In this document: in pieces, positions 21,846 through 31,834 of the stretch
Position numbering within the stretch: the first letter of the stretch is position 1
How the letters are laid out: each line of letters begins with the position of its first letter
From: Candidatus Lambdaproteobacteria bacterium
GTDB taxonomy: Bacteria; SAR324; JACQKK01
Assembly: GCA_016199125.1 (NCBI GenBank)
Contig: JACQHH010000181.1
Location: 1 to 41,404 of the forward strand
DNA: 41,404 nt
Reading direction: 5' to 3'
Position numbers and translations under genes: made by a program
Notes under the pieces: model-generated
The model's database searches: none
What the model was told of the DNA's origin: nothing
What the model saw: only the letters and a program-made list of their open reading frames with translations

Positions 21846-21859
21846 TTGACCTAGGTCAA
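21846..21859. promoter_or_regulatory. Perfect palindromic operator TTGAC-CTAG-GTCAA upstream of the second Liv operon
   Basis: 14-bp perfect palindrome in the intergenic region, about 165 bp before livG. Confidence 0.55.
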
Positions 21860-22022
21860 GCGCGGGCCGCGCAATTCGGATAGGGATGGCTGGTGCGAAT
21901 CCGCGATGGGGCCGGCCGTACGACGACCCGCCGGTCGGGATTCGCGCGGGAAATGGCCGCAGCGGGCGGTACTCCGCCGTCTGCCGCGCGGCAAATCAGG
22001 AACCAGCACCGGGGCCTGCCCG

Positions 22023-22826
22023 ATGACTCTTGCCGCCACGACCACCGCCCCGGGCACCGCGCCGCCCGTGCTCGGCGCCGAGCACATGACCCTGCGCTTT
22101 GGCGGGGTCACGGCGCTGCACGACGTGAGCCTGGACGTGCGTGCGGACGAGACGCTGGCCGTGATCGGGCCCAACGGGGCCGGCAAGACCTCGCTGCTCA
22201 ACGTGTTCAGCGGATTCTACCATCCGCAGCAGGGGCGCTGCTTTTTCACGGGCACGGAGATCACCGGCAAGCCCACGCACGAGATTGCGCAGATGGGCGT
22301 CGCGCGCACTTTCCAGGGCACGCACATCTTCGCCGGCATGACCGTGCTGGACAACATCCTGGTCGGCCGGCACTTCCACATGCGCACCACCATTCCCCAG
22401 TCGTTCCTGTACTTCCCCTGGGCGCACCGCGAGGAGCTGCGCCACCGCGAGGTGGTGGAGGACATCATCGACCTGCTGGAGATCGAGTCCATCCGTTCGG
22501 CGCTGGTGGGCGCCCTGGGCTACGGGCTGCGCAAGCGGGTCGATCTGGCCCGGGCGCTGGCCATGGAGCCGCGCGTGCTGCTGATGGACGAGCCCATGGC
22601 CGGCATGAACACCGAGGAGAAGGAAGACCTGGCGCGCTTCATCCTGGACATCCGCGAGGCCCGGCACATCCCCGTGGTGCTGGTGGAGCACGACATGTCC
22701 GTGGTGATGGACCTCGCCGACCGCGTGGCCGTGTTCGACTTCGGACGCAAGATCGCCGAGGGCACGCCGCAGCAGATCCAACGGAATCCGGCCGTGATCA
22801 ACGCCTACCTGGGCGCCTCCGCCTGA
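22023..22826 (+). CDS. livG: Liv-type ABC ATP-binding protein (LivG family)
   Basis: FGGVTAL, GPNGAGKTS, ARTFQG, LGYGLRKRVDLARAL, LLMDEP, VEHDM. Confidence 0.92.
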   Translation: MTLAATTTAPGTAPPVLGAEHMTLRFGGVTALHDVSLDVRADETLAVIGPNGAGKTSLLNVFSGFYHPQQGRCFFTGTEITGKPTHEIAQMGVARTFQGTHIFAGMTVLDNILVGRHFHMRTTIPQSFLYFPWAHREELRHREVVEDIIDLLEIESIRSALVGALGYGLRKRVDLARALAMEPRVLLMDEPMAGMNTEEKEDLARFILDIREARHIPVVLVEHDMSVVMDLADRVAVFDFGRKIAEGTPQQIQRNPAVINAYLGASA

Positions 22827-22858
22827 GCCACGCACCGCACCACCGGGACGAACACCCT

Positions 22859-24856
22859 ATGCACCAGCCCCACACCCTTCCGCAGCTCCTGCTGGCCCGG
22901 GCCGGGCAGCAGCCCCAGAGCATCTGCCAGCGGCACAAGGACCGCGGCATCTGGCAGACCTATACCTTCGGCCAGGTGCAGGCCATCGTGCGCGAGCTGG
23001 CGCTGGGCTTCGCGGCCATGGGCCTGCGCCGGGGGGAATCGGTGATCCTGGTGGGCGAGAACGAGCCGGAGATTTTCTGGGGCGAATTCGCCGTGCTGGC
23101 CCTGGGCGCCAAGTGCATCGCGCTGTATCCCGACCTCACCGTCGACGAGCTGCACTACATGGGCGAGGACAGCGAGGCGGTGTTCATCGTCGCCCACGAC
23201 CAGGAGCAGGTGGACAAGGCCCTGGCCGCGCTGGAGCGCCTGCCGAAGATCCGCGCCGTGGTGTACTGGGACGAGAAGGGCCTGTGGTCCTACACCCATC
23301 CCCTGCTGCACACGTTTGCCCAGGTGCGTGCGCTGGGCCGCGAGCATGCCCAAGCGCATCCCGGGCTGTTCGAGCGCGAGGTGGCCGCGGGCCGGGACGA
23401 TGAGATCGCCATCCTCACCTATACCTCCGGCACCACCGGGCGCCCCAAGGGCGTGGTGACCACCCACCGCAATCTGTTCGACAGCGCCTACCGCTTCCTG
23501 GACGCGGTGCCGGTGCGCCCGCACGCCGAGTACCTGTCCTACATTCCCCTGGCCTGGGCCACGGAGCAGTACTACGGCATCGCCATCGGCCTGCTGGCCC
23601 CGCTGGTGGTCAACTTCCCGGAAAAGCCCGAGGAAGTGCTGAACAACATCCGCGAGCTGGCGGTGGAGGTGCTGGTCTTCGGCCCGCGGCAGTGGGAAAG
23701 CCTGGCCGCCACGGTGCAGGCACGCATGCTGGATGCCGGGCGCCTGCGCCAGGCGCTCTATCGCTTTGGCGTGCGCATCGGCCATGCCGTCCACGTGGCA
23801 CGCCTGGAGGGCCGCCGCCCCGGCTGGCTGGCGCGCCTGCTGTTTCCCCTGGCCGATGCCCTGGTGCTGCATCCCCTGCGCGACAAGCTGGGGCTGGTGC
23901 GGGCCAAGGTGGTGGTCTCCGGCGGCTCGGCCATGGCCCCGGACGTGTTCCGCCTGTTCCACGCCATGGGCGTCCCCCTGCGCAACATCTACGGGGCCAG
24001 CGAGATCGGCCTGCTCACCGCCCACCGGGGCACGCAGTACAACCTGGAAACGGTGGGCCATTGGATGACGGTGCGCCCGGAATTCGGCGCGGCGCTGGAG
24101 TGGAAGATCGGCCCCGACGGGGGGCTGCTGGTGCGCGGCGGCTCGGGCTTCAACGGCTACTACAACAAGGCCGAAAAATCCGCGGAGAAGATCAAGGACG
24201 GCTGGTTCGATACTGGCGATGCCGTGTCCGTCACGGAGTCCAACGAGCTGGTGTTCCTGGAGCGCGTGGACGACATGCGCACCCTGGCCAGCAACGAGAA
24301 GTACCCGCCGCAATTCATCGAGACCCGGCTGCGCTTCAGCCCCTTCATCAAGGACGTGATGACCGTCGGCGACCGGCGCCACCCCTTTGTCACGGCCCTG
24401 GTGAACATCGATCCGGAGGTCGTGGGCCGCTGGGCCGAGGAGCGGCGCATCGGCTTTTCCACCTACCAGGACCTCTCCCAGAACGCCGAGGTGCGCGCCA
24501 TGATCCAGCGCGAAATCGCGCGCATCAACGACCTGCTGCCCCCCCACGCGCGCGTGGTGCGCTTCGCCAACTTCCCCAAGGAGCTGGACCCCGACGAGGG
24601 CGAACTCACGCGAACGCGCAAGCTGCGCCGCGAGTTCCTGGAAGCGCGTTACCGGCCGCTCATCGACGGCCTCTACGGCGGGGAGCGGCACGTGGACGCC
24701 GTGATTCCCGTCACCTACCAGGACGGCCGCAAGGGCGAGCTGCGCGCCCGGGTGATCATCAACGACCTGGCTCCGGCTCCGGTGGAAGCCGGCGCGCCGG
24801 GTGCCGGCGGCGCCGCGCGGGCGGCGCGTCTGCAGGTGCAGGAGGTGGCGCCGTGA
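22859..24856 (+). CDS. Long-chain acyl-CoA synthetase (AMP-forming)
   Basis: Intact YTSGTTGRPKG, YGASE, WFDTGD and C-terminal GELTRTRKLRR. Confidence 0.92.
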   Translation: MHQPHTLPQLLLARAGQQPQSICQRHKDRGIWQTYTFGQVQAIVRELALGFAAMGLRRGESVILVGENEPEIFWGEFAVLALGAKCIALYPDLTVDELHYMGEDSEAVFIVAHDQEQVDKALAALERLPKIRAVVYWDEKGLWSYTHPLLHTFAQVRALGREHAQAHPGLFEREVAAGRDDEIAILTYTSGTTGRPKGVVTTHRNLFDSAYRFLDAVPVRPHAEYLSYIPLAWATEQYYGIAIGLLAPLVVNFPEKPEEVLNNIRELAVEVLVFGPRQWESLAATVQARMLDAGRLRQALYRFGVRIGHAVHVARLEGRRPGWLARLLFPLADALVLHPLRDKLGLVRAKVVVSGGSAMAPDVFRLFHAMGVPLRNIYGASEIGLLTAHRGTQYNLETVGHWMTVRPEFGAALEWKIGPDGGLLVRGGSGFNGYYNKAEKSAEKIKDGWFDTGDAVSVTESNELVFLERVDDMRTLASNEKYPPQFIETRLRFSPFIKDVMTVGDRRHPFVTALVNIDPEVVGRWAEERRIGFSTYQDLSQNAEVRAMIQREIARINDLLPPHARVVRFANFPKELDPDEGELTRTRKLRREFLEARYRPLIDGLYGGERHVDAVIPVTYQDGRKGELRARVIINDLAPAPVEAGAPGAGGAARAARLQVQEVAP

Positions 24857-25737
24857 CCGACTTTCTCATCTATCTCATCGAGGGGGCGCTGATCGGCCAG
24901 GTCTATGCGCTGATCGCCATGGGCTTCGTGGTCATCTACCGCGCCAGCAAGGTGTTCAACTTCGCCCAGGGCGAGCTGGTGGTGCTGGGCGGCTACCTGG
25001 TGTGGTGGATGGTGCTGGGCAGCGGGCTGCCGGCCTGGGTGGGCATTCCCCTGGCCTTCGCCCTGGCCGCGCTGACCGGCATCGTCATCGAGCGCATCTT
25101 CTTCTCCAGGCTGGTGGGCGAATCGCTGTTCTCCATGGTCATGGTCACGGTGGGGCTGCTGGTGCTGCTGCGGGGCGTGTTCCTGGTGATCTGGGGGGCG
25201 CACGTGCGCCCATTCCCCATGATCGTGCCCATGCGCCCGCTGATCCTGGGCGAGCTGTTCATCAGCCGCTCCCTGCTCATCGGCGGGGCGGTCACCGTGG
25301 TGGCGGCGGTGGGGCTGTCGTGGTTCTTCAACCGCACCACCGCCGGGCTGCGCATGACGGCCGTGGCGGAGGACCACCAGATCGCCATGTCCCTGGGCAT
25401 CTCGGTGAAGCGCTCGGTGGCCTTCGCCTGGATGCTGGGCGCCGTGCTCTCCACGGTGGGGGCCATCGTGTTCCTCAACGGCAAGTCGCTGAGCTTCCTG
25501 GCTTCGGACATCGGGTTCGCGGCGCTGCCCGTGGCCATGCTGGCCGGGCTGGAATCCATCGGCGGGCTGATCCTGGCCGGGCTGGTGGTGGGCATTGCCC
25601 AGGGCATGGCGGCGGCCTACCTGGATCCGCTGCTGGGCGGTGGCGTGAGCACGGTGCTGCCCTTCGTCGTAATGATCCTCATCCTCTTCTTCCGTCCGAA
25701 CGGGCTGTTCGGCTGGAAGCTGATCGAACGGGTGTAA
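24853..25737 (+). CDS. livH: Liv-type ABC permease (LivH family)
   Basis: GTG start overlapping the upstream TGA; GGAGG RBS. YALIAMGFVVIYRASKVFNFAQGE, RPNGLFG. Confidence 0.92.
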   Translation: MTDFLIYLIEGALIGQVYALIAMGFVVIYRASKVFNFAQGELVVLGGYLVWWMVLGSGLPAWVGIPLAFALAALTGIVIERIFFSRLVGESLFSMVMVTVGLLVLLRGVFLVIWGAHVRPFPMIVPMRPLILGELFISRSLLIGGAVTVVAAVGLSWFFNRTTAGLRMTAVAEDHQIAMSLGISVKRSVAFAWMLGAVLSTVGAIVFLNGKSLSFLASDIGFAALPVAMLAGLESIGGLILAGLVVGIAQGMAAAYLDPLLGGGVSTVLPFVVMILILFFRPNGLFGWKLIERV

Positions 25738-25740
25738 GCC

Positions 25741-26799
25741 ATGGCCATGCTGCCTTCGGGCGTCTTTGCGGTCCGCTATGCGCAGGACCGCGCGCTGCTG
25801 CGCACCCGGCCGCAATGGGTCTCGCTGGCGCTGTTCATGCTGCTGCTCGCGCTGCTGCCGCACCTGGTCACGCCGCGGCTGCTGGCCATCGCCAACCTGA
25901 TGCTGGTCACGGCCATCGTCGTGGTGGGGTTGCAGATCACGCTGGGCTACGCGGGCCAGGTGAACCTGGGCCAGTCGGCGTTCATGGGCGTGGGCGCCTA
26001 TGCCGCGGGCGTGCTTTCCACCAAGTGGTCCCTGCCGTTCCTGGTGACGATCCCGCTGGGCGGCGTCGCGGCAGCCCTGTTCGGCTTCGTGTTCGGTCTC
26101 TCCGCGGTGCGCATCAAGGGCTTCTACCTGGCGCTGACCACGATCGCCGCGCAATTCATCTTCCATTTCGCCGTGCTCAACCTGCCCGTCTCGTGGCTGG
26201 GCGGCTCCAACGGGATTTCCATGCACCCGGCCCGCCTGGGCGGCATCGAGTTCAGCACGGACGTGAGCATCTACTACCTGTTCCTGGTGTCCTGCACGCT
26301 CATGGTGGCCGGGGCCTTCGGCATGATGCGCAGCCGCACGGGCCGGGCGTTCATCGCCGTGCGGGACGACGACGTGGCTGCCGGCATGACGGGCATTCCG
26401 GTCGTGCGCACCAAGGCCATGGCCTTCCTGGTGGGGGCCTTCTATGCGGGCATCGGCGGCGGGCTGTATGCGTATTACATCCGCTTCATCTCGGTGGACC
26501 AGTTCAATCTGTTCAATTCCGTGTGGTACCTGGGCATGATCATCGTGGGCGGCACCGGCTCCATCGTGGGCGCCCTGCTGGGCACCTTTCTCATCCGCGC
26601 CTTCCAGGAGGTGGTCACGTCCATCGGCCCCCTGCTGGCCGAGCTGGTGCCGTGGCTGGGCGGAGACATCGTGTTTGCCAGCATGAACATCCTGCTGGGC
26701 GGATTGATCGCGTTCTTTGTGATTGTCGAACCGGACGGCCTCATGCACCGCTGGAACATCCTCAAGGCCAGCTACCGCCTGTGGCCCTTCCGCTATTAG
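25741..26799 (+). CDS. livM: Liv-type ABC permease (LivM family)
   Basis: GYAGQVNLGQSAFMGVGAY, RIKGFYLALTT, GRAFIAVRD, EPDGL. Confidence 0.92.
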   Translation: MAMLPSGVFAVRYAQDRALLRTRPQWVSLALFMLLLALLPHLVTPRLLAIANLMLVTAIVVVGLQITLGYAGQVNLGQSAFMGVGAYAAGVLSTKWSLPFLVTIPLGGVAAALFGFVFGLSAVRIKGFYLALTTIAAQFIFHFAVLNLPVSWLGGSNGISMHPARLGGIEFSTDVSIYYLFLVSCTLMVAGAFGMMRSRTGRAFIAVRDDDVAAGMTGIPVVRTKAMAFLVGAFYAGIGGGLYAYYIRFISVDQFNLFNSVWYLGMIIVGGTGSIVGALLGTFLIRAFQEVVTSIGPLLAELVPWLGGDIVFASMNILLGGLIAFFVIVEPDGLMHRWNILKASYRLWPFRY

Positions 26800-26968
26800 G
26801 CGCGGCGCGGTCCGCCGCACCGCTGCGGGCAGAAGCACCGCGACCTGGGGGCCGCGGTCAGACGAACTGGGGGGTGCAGAGCGTTGGGGCGGCGCCGTGC
26901 GCTGCGGTGGCCCTTGGGGGCCCCGGCGCGGCGCTTCACGTGGCACCACTTCGATAGGGAGACGCAAA

Positions 26969-28204
26969 ATGAAGAGCTTTGGACGTACCGTGTTGGCGGT
27001 CCTGCTGGCGGGGGCCGCGGTGTTCGCGTGGGCGCTGCCGGCATCGCTGCGGGCCGCGCCGGTGGAATACAACGTGGCCGGGTTGGCCGACTATTCCGGT
27101 CCTTATGCCGATGTGATGCCCCTCATTTCCGACGGCCGCAAGGCGGTGTTCACCTGGTGGAACAAGGAAGTGGGTGCCAAGCTGGGCGTGCAGCTCAACT
27201 TCAAGGAATTCGACACGCGCTACGACACGGCCCAGACCGCCAGCCTGTGGCCCGGCGTGCTGGCCGACCTCAAGCCCATCATGATCATGGGCCTGGGTGG
27301 CCCGGACGTGGCGGCCCTGCGCCAGCGCCTGCCCGACGACAAGGTGCCGCTGTTGATGAGCACCGCCGCCTATGGCTTTGCGTGGCAGCCGGAGACGTGG
27401 TTCTTCAACCCGCGGCCCACCTACGCGCACGAGGCCGTGGCCTTCGCGGAGTGGTATCGCGGGCAGAAGGGCGCCAAGACCCTCAAGGTGGCCGTGATCA
27501 GCTCCGAGGCGTCGCCGGCCTATATCGACATCGCGAAAGGCATCGAGAAGTACGCCTCCATGAACCCGACGGTGGAAGTGGTGGAAACGGTGTACACGGC
27601 CGTGCAGCCCACCGACCTCTCCAGCCAGATCCGCCGCGTCGTGCGCAAGGGCGCCGAGGCGCTGCTGATCCAGACCAACACCGCCGTGGTGGTGGCCTCC
27701 AAGCGCGGCCTGGAAGCCGCGGGGCAGGGCGGCATTCCCCTCATGATGAGCTCCCACAACGGCCTGGCGGCTTCGGGCAAGGCCCTGGGCGGCCTGGAGC
27801 AGCTTGAAGGCTCCTTCGAGGTCTACGGCATCGCCAGCCCGGCCGACACCTCGGGCTCGGCCTACAAGTTCTACGAGATGCTGCGCAACGACTTTGGGGT
27901 GAAGGCGCCCTGGAACATCCTGGCCATCCAGGGCACGGAACAAGCCCTGTATTCGGTGCGGGCCGTGGAACAGGCCGTGAAGAAGGTGGGCGCGGCCAAT
28001 CTCACCGGCTCCGCGGTGCGCGAGGGGCTGTATGCGGGCAAGATCCCCAGCGAGGCAACCTTCGGCTTCCTGCCGGATCTGACGTTCACGCGCGAGGGGC
28101 CGTTCCCGGTGCGCGGGCTGACGGCCAACATCACCACCGTGAAGGGCGGCAAGTACACCCTGGCCGCGGCCAACGTGCCCGTGCCGGTCGTGGAAAAATG
28201 GTAG
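26969..28204 (+). CDS. Liv-type ABC substrate-binding protein
   Basis: Signal peptide, 'LADYSGPYAD', 'DTRYD'. GGGAG RBS; position inside the operon. Confidence 0.88.
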   Translation: MKSFGRTVLAVLLAGAAVFAWALPASLRAAPVEYNVAGLADYSGPYADVMPLISDGRKAVFTWWNKEVGAKLGVQLNFKEFDTRYDTAQTASLWPGVLADLKPIMIMGLGGPDVAALRQRLPDDKVPLLMSTAAYGFAWQPETWFFNPRPTYAHEAVAFAEWYRGQKGAKTLKVAVISSEASPAYIDIAKGIEKYASMNPTVEVVETVYTAVQPTDLSSQIRRVVRKGAEALLIQTNTAVVVASKRGLEAAGQGGIPLMMSSHNGLAASGKALGGLEQLEGSFEVYGIASPADTSGSAYKFYEMLRNDFGVKAPWNILAIQGTEQALYSVRAVEQAVKKVGAANLTGSAVREGLYAGKIPSEATFGFLPDLTFTREGPFPVRGLTANITTVKGGKYTLAAANVPVPVVEKW

Positions 28205-28297
28205 GCCCACGGCGCCCCGGCGTGCCGTCTCCGCGGCGCGCCGGGGTCTCCGGCGCGGCCCCGCGCCCTGGCCCCGCCCCATCGCAAGGAATCTCCC

Positions 28298-29089
28298 GTG
28301 CTTGAGCTCAACAACGTCGAGGCCATCTACAGCGAGGTGATCCTGGTGCTCAAAGGGATCAGCCTGCACGTCCCCGAGGGCGGCTGCGTGGCCCTGCTGG
28401 GCAGCAACGGCGCCGGCAAGAGCACGACGCTCAAGTGCATCTCCGGGCTGATCCGCCCGGAGGACGGCGCCGTCACCGGCGGCAACATCACCTTCCTGGG
28501 CAAGCGCATCGACGCGCTGCCCGCCGAGGCGGTGGTGCGCCGGGGTCTGGTGCACGTCATGGAAGGGCGCAAGGTGCTGGAGCACATGACCACCCAGCAG
28601 AACCTGATGGTCGGCGGGCACATGCACCGCGACGCGGCCCGGCGGCGCCAGAACCTGGAGCGCGTCTACGCCCTCATGCCGCCCCTGGCCAACCTGCGCC
28701 AGCGCACGGCGGGCTACCTGTCCGGCGGCGAGCAGCAGATGCTGGTCATCGGGCGCGCGCTGATGGCCGAGCCCACCATGATGCTCATCGACGAGCCGTC
28801 GCTGGGCCTGGCCCCCATGCTGGTCGAGGAAATCTACGCCATCCTGGCCGAGCTGCGGGCCCACGGGCTGACCTTGCTGCTCGTGGAGCAGAACACCCGC
28901 GCGGCGCTGGAGATCGCCGACCACGGCTACGTGATGGAAAACGGCCGCATCGTCATGGAAGGCAGCGCCGCGCAGCTCAAGAGCAACGAGGACATTCGCG
29001 AATTCTACCTGGGTCTGGACCAGTCGGGCGAGCGCAAGAGCTACCGCGACATCAAGCACTACAAGCGGCGCAAGCGCTGGCTGGGCTGA
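28298..29089 (+). CDS. livF: Liv-type ABC ATP-binding protein (LivF family)
   Basis: GSNGAGKST, LSGGEQQM, DEPSLGLAP, IREFYLG, YKRRKRW tail. Confidence 0.93.
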   Translation: MLELNNVEAIYSEVILVLKGISLHVPEGGCVALLGSNGAGKSTTLKCISGLIRPEDGAVTGGNITFLGKRIDALPAEAVVRRGLVHVMEGRKVLEHMTTQQNLMVGGHMHRDAARRRQNLERVYALMPPLANLRQRTAGYLSGGEQQMLVIGRALMAEPTMMLIDEPSLGLAPMLVEEIYAILAELRAHGLTLLLVEQNTRAALEIADHGYVMENGRIVMEGSAAQLKSNEDIREFYLGLDQSGERKSYRDIKHYKRRKRWLG

Positions 29090-29116
29090 CCCTCACCCGC
29101 CTCTGGAGGACCTGCC

Positions 29117-30310
29117 ATGAGACCCGTCGTGATAGCCGGCGCGGGCATGACCCCGTTCGGAAAATTCCTGGAACGCAACGTGCGCGACCTGGCCGAGCAG
29201 GCCACCCGCGCGGCCCTGGACGATGCCCACCTGACCCCCGCGGAGGTGGGCATGGTGGCCTTCGGCAACTCCAGTTCCGGGCTCATCACCGGGCAGGAGA
29301 ACATCCGCGGCCAGGCGGCCCTGCGCAACACGGGCCTGCTGGGTTGCCCCGTGGTCAACGTGGAAAATGCCTGCGCCTCCGGCTCCAGCGCCTTTCACCT
29401 GGCTTGGCTCTACGTGGCCTCGGGGATGTGCGACGTGGCGCTGGCCGTGGGGGCGGAAAAGCTGGCCCACCGGGACAAGGCCGTGCCCTTCGCGGCCATG
29501 GAGGCGGCCCTGGACCTGGAGGAGCGCGAGCAGCTCAAGGCGTCGCTGCACCAGAGCGCCGGCGCCGGCGCCACGCAGTCCATCTTCATGGACGTCTACG
29601 CCAACCTGACCCGGCAATACATGCGGCAATCCGGGGCCACGGCCGAGAACTTCGCCGACGTGGCCGTCAAGAGCCACTTCGCCGGCGCGCGCAATCCGCG
29701 CGCGCAGTTCCGCGAGGAGGTGAGCCGCGAGGCCGTGCTGGCCAGCCGCATGATCTCCGAGCCGCTGACCCTGATGATGTGCTCGCCCATCGGCGACGGA
29801 GCGGCGGCCCTGGTGCTGTGCAGCGAGGAGGCGGCCCGCCGCGGGGGCGCCGACGCCGTGAGCGTGCGCGCCTCGGTGCTGGTTTCCGGCAGCGCCCGCG
29901 GCGAGCTGGAGCCCCCGCCCACGCGCGCCTCGCGCCAGGCCTACGCGCTGGCCGGCATCGGCCCTGAGGACGTGGACGTGGTGGAGCTGCACGACGCGGC
30001 CGCGCCCGCAGAGCTGATGCTCTACGAGGAGCTGGGCCTGGCCGGCCGGGGCGAAGGGCCGGCGCTGCTGGCCTCGGGCAGGACCCGCGTCGGCGGCAAG
30101 ATGCCGGTCAATCCCAGCGGCGGTCTGCTGAGCAAGGGGCATCCGGTGGGTGCCACGGGCTGCGCGCAGCTCTTCGAGCTCACCGAGCAGTTGCGCGGGC
30201 GGGCCGGAGCGCGCCAGCGCGAGGGGGCCCGGGTGGCCCTGGCCGAAAACGGCGGGGGCTTCCTCAACCCCGACCCGGCGGCCTGCACCATCACCATTCT
30301 CGCCCGCTAG
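29117..30310 (+). CDS. Thiolase family protein (SCP2/SCP-x type)
   Basis: VENACASGS (catalytic Cys), CSPIGDGAAA, VELHDA, NPSGGLLSKGHPVGATG, ENGGG. GGAGG RBS. Confidence 0.92.
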   Translation: MRPVVIAGAGMTPFGKFLERNVRDLAEQATRAALDDAHLTPAEVGMVAFGNSSSGLITGQENIRGQAALRNTGLLGCPVVNVENACASGSSAFHLAWLYVASGMCDVALAVGAEKLAHRDKAVPFAAMEAALDLEEREQLKASLHQSAGAGATQSIFMDVYANLTRQYMRQSGATAENFADVAVKSHFAGARNPRAQFREEVSREAVLASRMISEPLTLMMCSPIGDGAAALVLCSEEAARRGGADAVSVRASVLVSGSARGELEPPPTRASRQAYALAGIGPEDVDVVELHDAAAPAELMLYEELGLAGRGEGPALLASGRTRVGGKMPVNPSGGLLSKGHPVGATGCAQLFELTEQLRGRAGARQREGARVALAENGGGFLNPDPAACTITILAR

Positions 30311-30469
30311 GCTTTGTTCGAGAATAGTTGCCATACCCTTCGAGACGCCGCGCATGGCGCGGCTCCTCAGGGATGCGGCTTTGAAATCACGAGTGAAACT
30401 GAATACCGCGTGGCTGAGGAGTGCCCGCAGGGCGCGTCTCGAAGCCCGCTTTTTTTCTCAAACAGAGCC
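30310..30469. mobile_element. MITE-like element (TIR family A), best-preserved copy, CTTCGAGAC-type REP cargo
   Basis: CTA|GGCTTTGTTCGAGAA ... TTCTCAAACAGAGCC|TAG (13/15 inverted match, TA on both sides). The 116-bp core 30334-30449 differs from 38543-38658 at 5 positions. Confidence 0.8.
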
Positions 30470-30507
30470 TAGGCCCGCGGGCCACGCGGCGACAGCAGGA
30501 GCAACCC

Positions 30508-31659
30508 ATGAACGCACCGTTGGCCGGCCTGCGCGTGCTGAGCCTGGCCGAGCAATACCCCGGCCCCTACGCCACGCTGATCCTGTCCGACCTGGGCGCC
30601 GACGTGGTGCTGGTGGAACGGCCGGGGGGCGATCCGGCGCGCATCTATCCCCAGTTCTTCGAGGCGCTCAACCGCAACAAGCGCAGCGCCACGCTGAACT
30701 TCAAGCTGCCCGCCGGCCGCGAAGCGTTCAAGCGCCTGGTGCGGGGGGCCGATGTGCTGCTGGAAGGCTACCGACCCGGCACCATGGCGCGCCTGGGGCT
30801 GGATTACGAGACGCTGAGCGCCATCAATCCGCGCCTGGTCTATGCCTCCATCTCGGGCTATGGCCAGGACGGGCCCTATCGCGACCGCACGGGGCACGAC
30901 ATTTCCTATGCGTCCACGGCGGGGCTGTTCTTCCCCCAGGCGCGGGACCCGGCCATCCCCGTTTCGCCCGTGGCGGTGGGCGACCTCTCCTCGGGCATGT
31001 TCGCCGTGATCGGCGTGCAGACCGCCCTGCTGGCGCGCGAGCGCACGGACCGCGGCACGTACATCGACGTCTCCATGTTCGACGGGCTGGTGTCCTGGAT
31101 GAGCGTGTTCGTGGTGCCGCCCATGAACGGCGATCCGCCGCCGCCCCTGGGCAGCGACCCGGGCTACGGCATCTACGCCTGCAAGGACGGCAAGGCCATC
31201 AGCCTCAGCGTGGCCCACGAGGACTGGTTCTGGCAGCCGCTCTGCGAGCGCATGGGCCTGACCGACCTGGCCGCCATTCCCCGCGACGAGCGCGCCGCGC
31301 GCGAAACCGAGCTGCGCGGGCGCCTGGGCCAGGCGTTCGCCACGCGCGAACGCGCCCACTGGGAGCAACTCTTCCAGGGCAGCGAGGTGCCCTTCGGCCC
31401 GGTGCACGACCTGGGCGACGTGGGGCACGATCCGCACGTCAAGGCGCGCGGACTGTTCACACGCGTGCCCACGCCCGCCGGCGAACGCTGGTTCACGCGC
31501 CAGCCCCTGGGCCTGCGCGGCTACGAGACGGCGCCCACGCGCGGCTGCCCGGCGCTGGGCGAGCACACGCGCGAGGTGCTGCGCGAGGGCGGCTTCACCC
31601 CCGCCGAGGTGGACGCCCTGTTGGCCGACGGCGCGGCCAGCGGAGCCGCCCCGGCCTGA
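30508..31659 (+). CDS. CoA-transferase family III (CaiB/BaiF)
   Basis: PLAGLRVL, PGPYATLILSDLGADV, NRNKRS, ISGYGQDGP, GHDISY, catalytic Asp in VGDLSSG, PALGEHT. AGGAG RBS. Confidence 0.93.
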   Translation: MNAPLAGLRVLSLAEQYPGPYATLILSDLGADVVLVERPGGDPARIYPQFFEALNRNKRSATLNFKLPAGREAFKRLVRGADVLLEGYRPGTMARLGLDYETLSAINPRLVYASISGYGQDGPYRDRTGHDISYASTAGLFFPQARDPAIPVSPVAVGDLSSGMFAVIGVQTALLARERTDRGTYIDVSMFDGLVSWMSVFVVPPMNGDPPPPLGSDPGYGIYACKDGKAISLSVAHEDWFWQPLCERMGLTDLAAIPRDERAARETELRGRLGQAFATRERAHWEQLFQGSEVPFGPVHDLGDVGHDPHVKARGLFTRVPTPAGERWFTRQPLGLRGYETAPTRGCPALGEHTREVLREGGFTPAEVDALLADGAASGAAPA

Positions 31660-31834
31660 GACGCGCCGGCCCGACCGACCGGCGCATCGCGGGGGCACTT
31701 TCTGCCGCCCGCGCGGTCTGAGCCGGCACCTGCTTCCCGCCGCTCGCTGTCCGCGTTGCCGTGCTGCCTTGCGTCGGGGCGCCGCGGCAATTCCTCACTC
31801 CCTGTTCTCTCATGTCACTCGCTGGAGGTCGCGC

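Noticed and set aside
30334-30449. Shared peptide PFETPR.ARLL.D.ALKSRVKLNTAWLR in ORFs 30150-31721 and 38485-38745 as a small protein family
   Set aside because: It is just the translation of the repeated palindromic element, with no start or RBS context.
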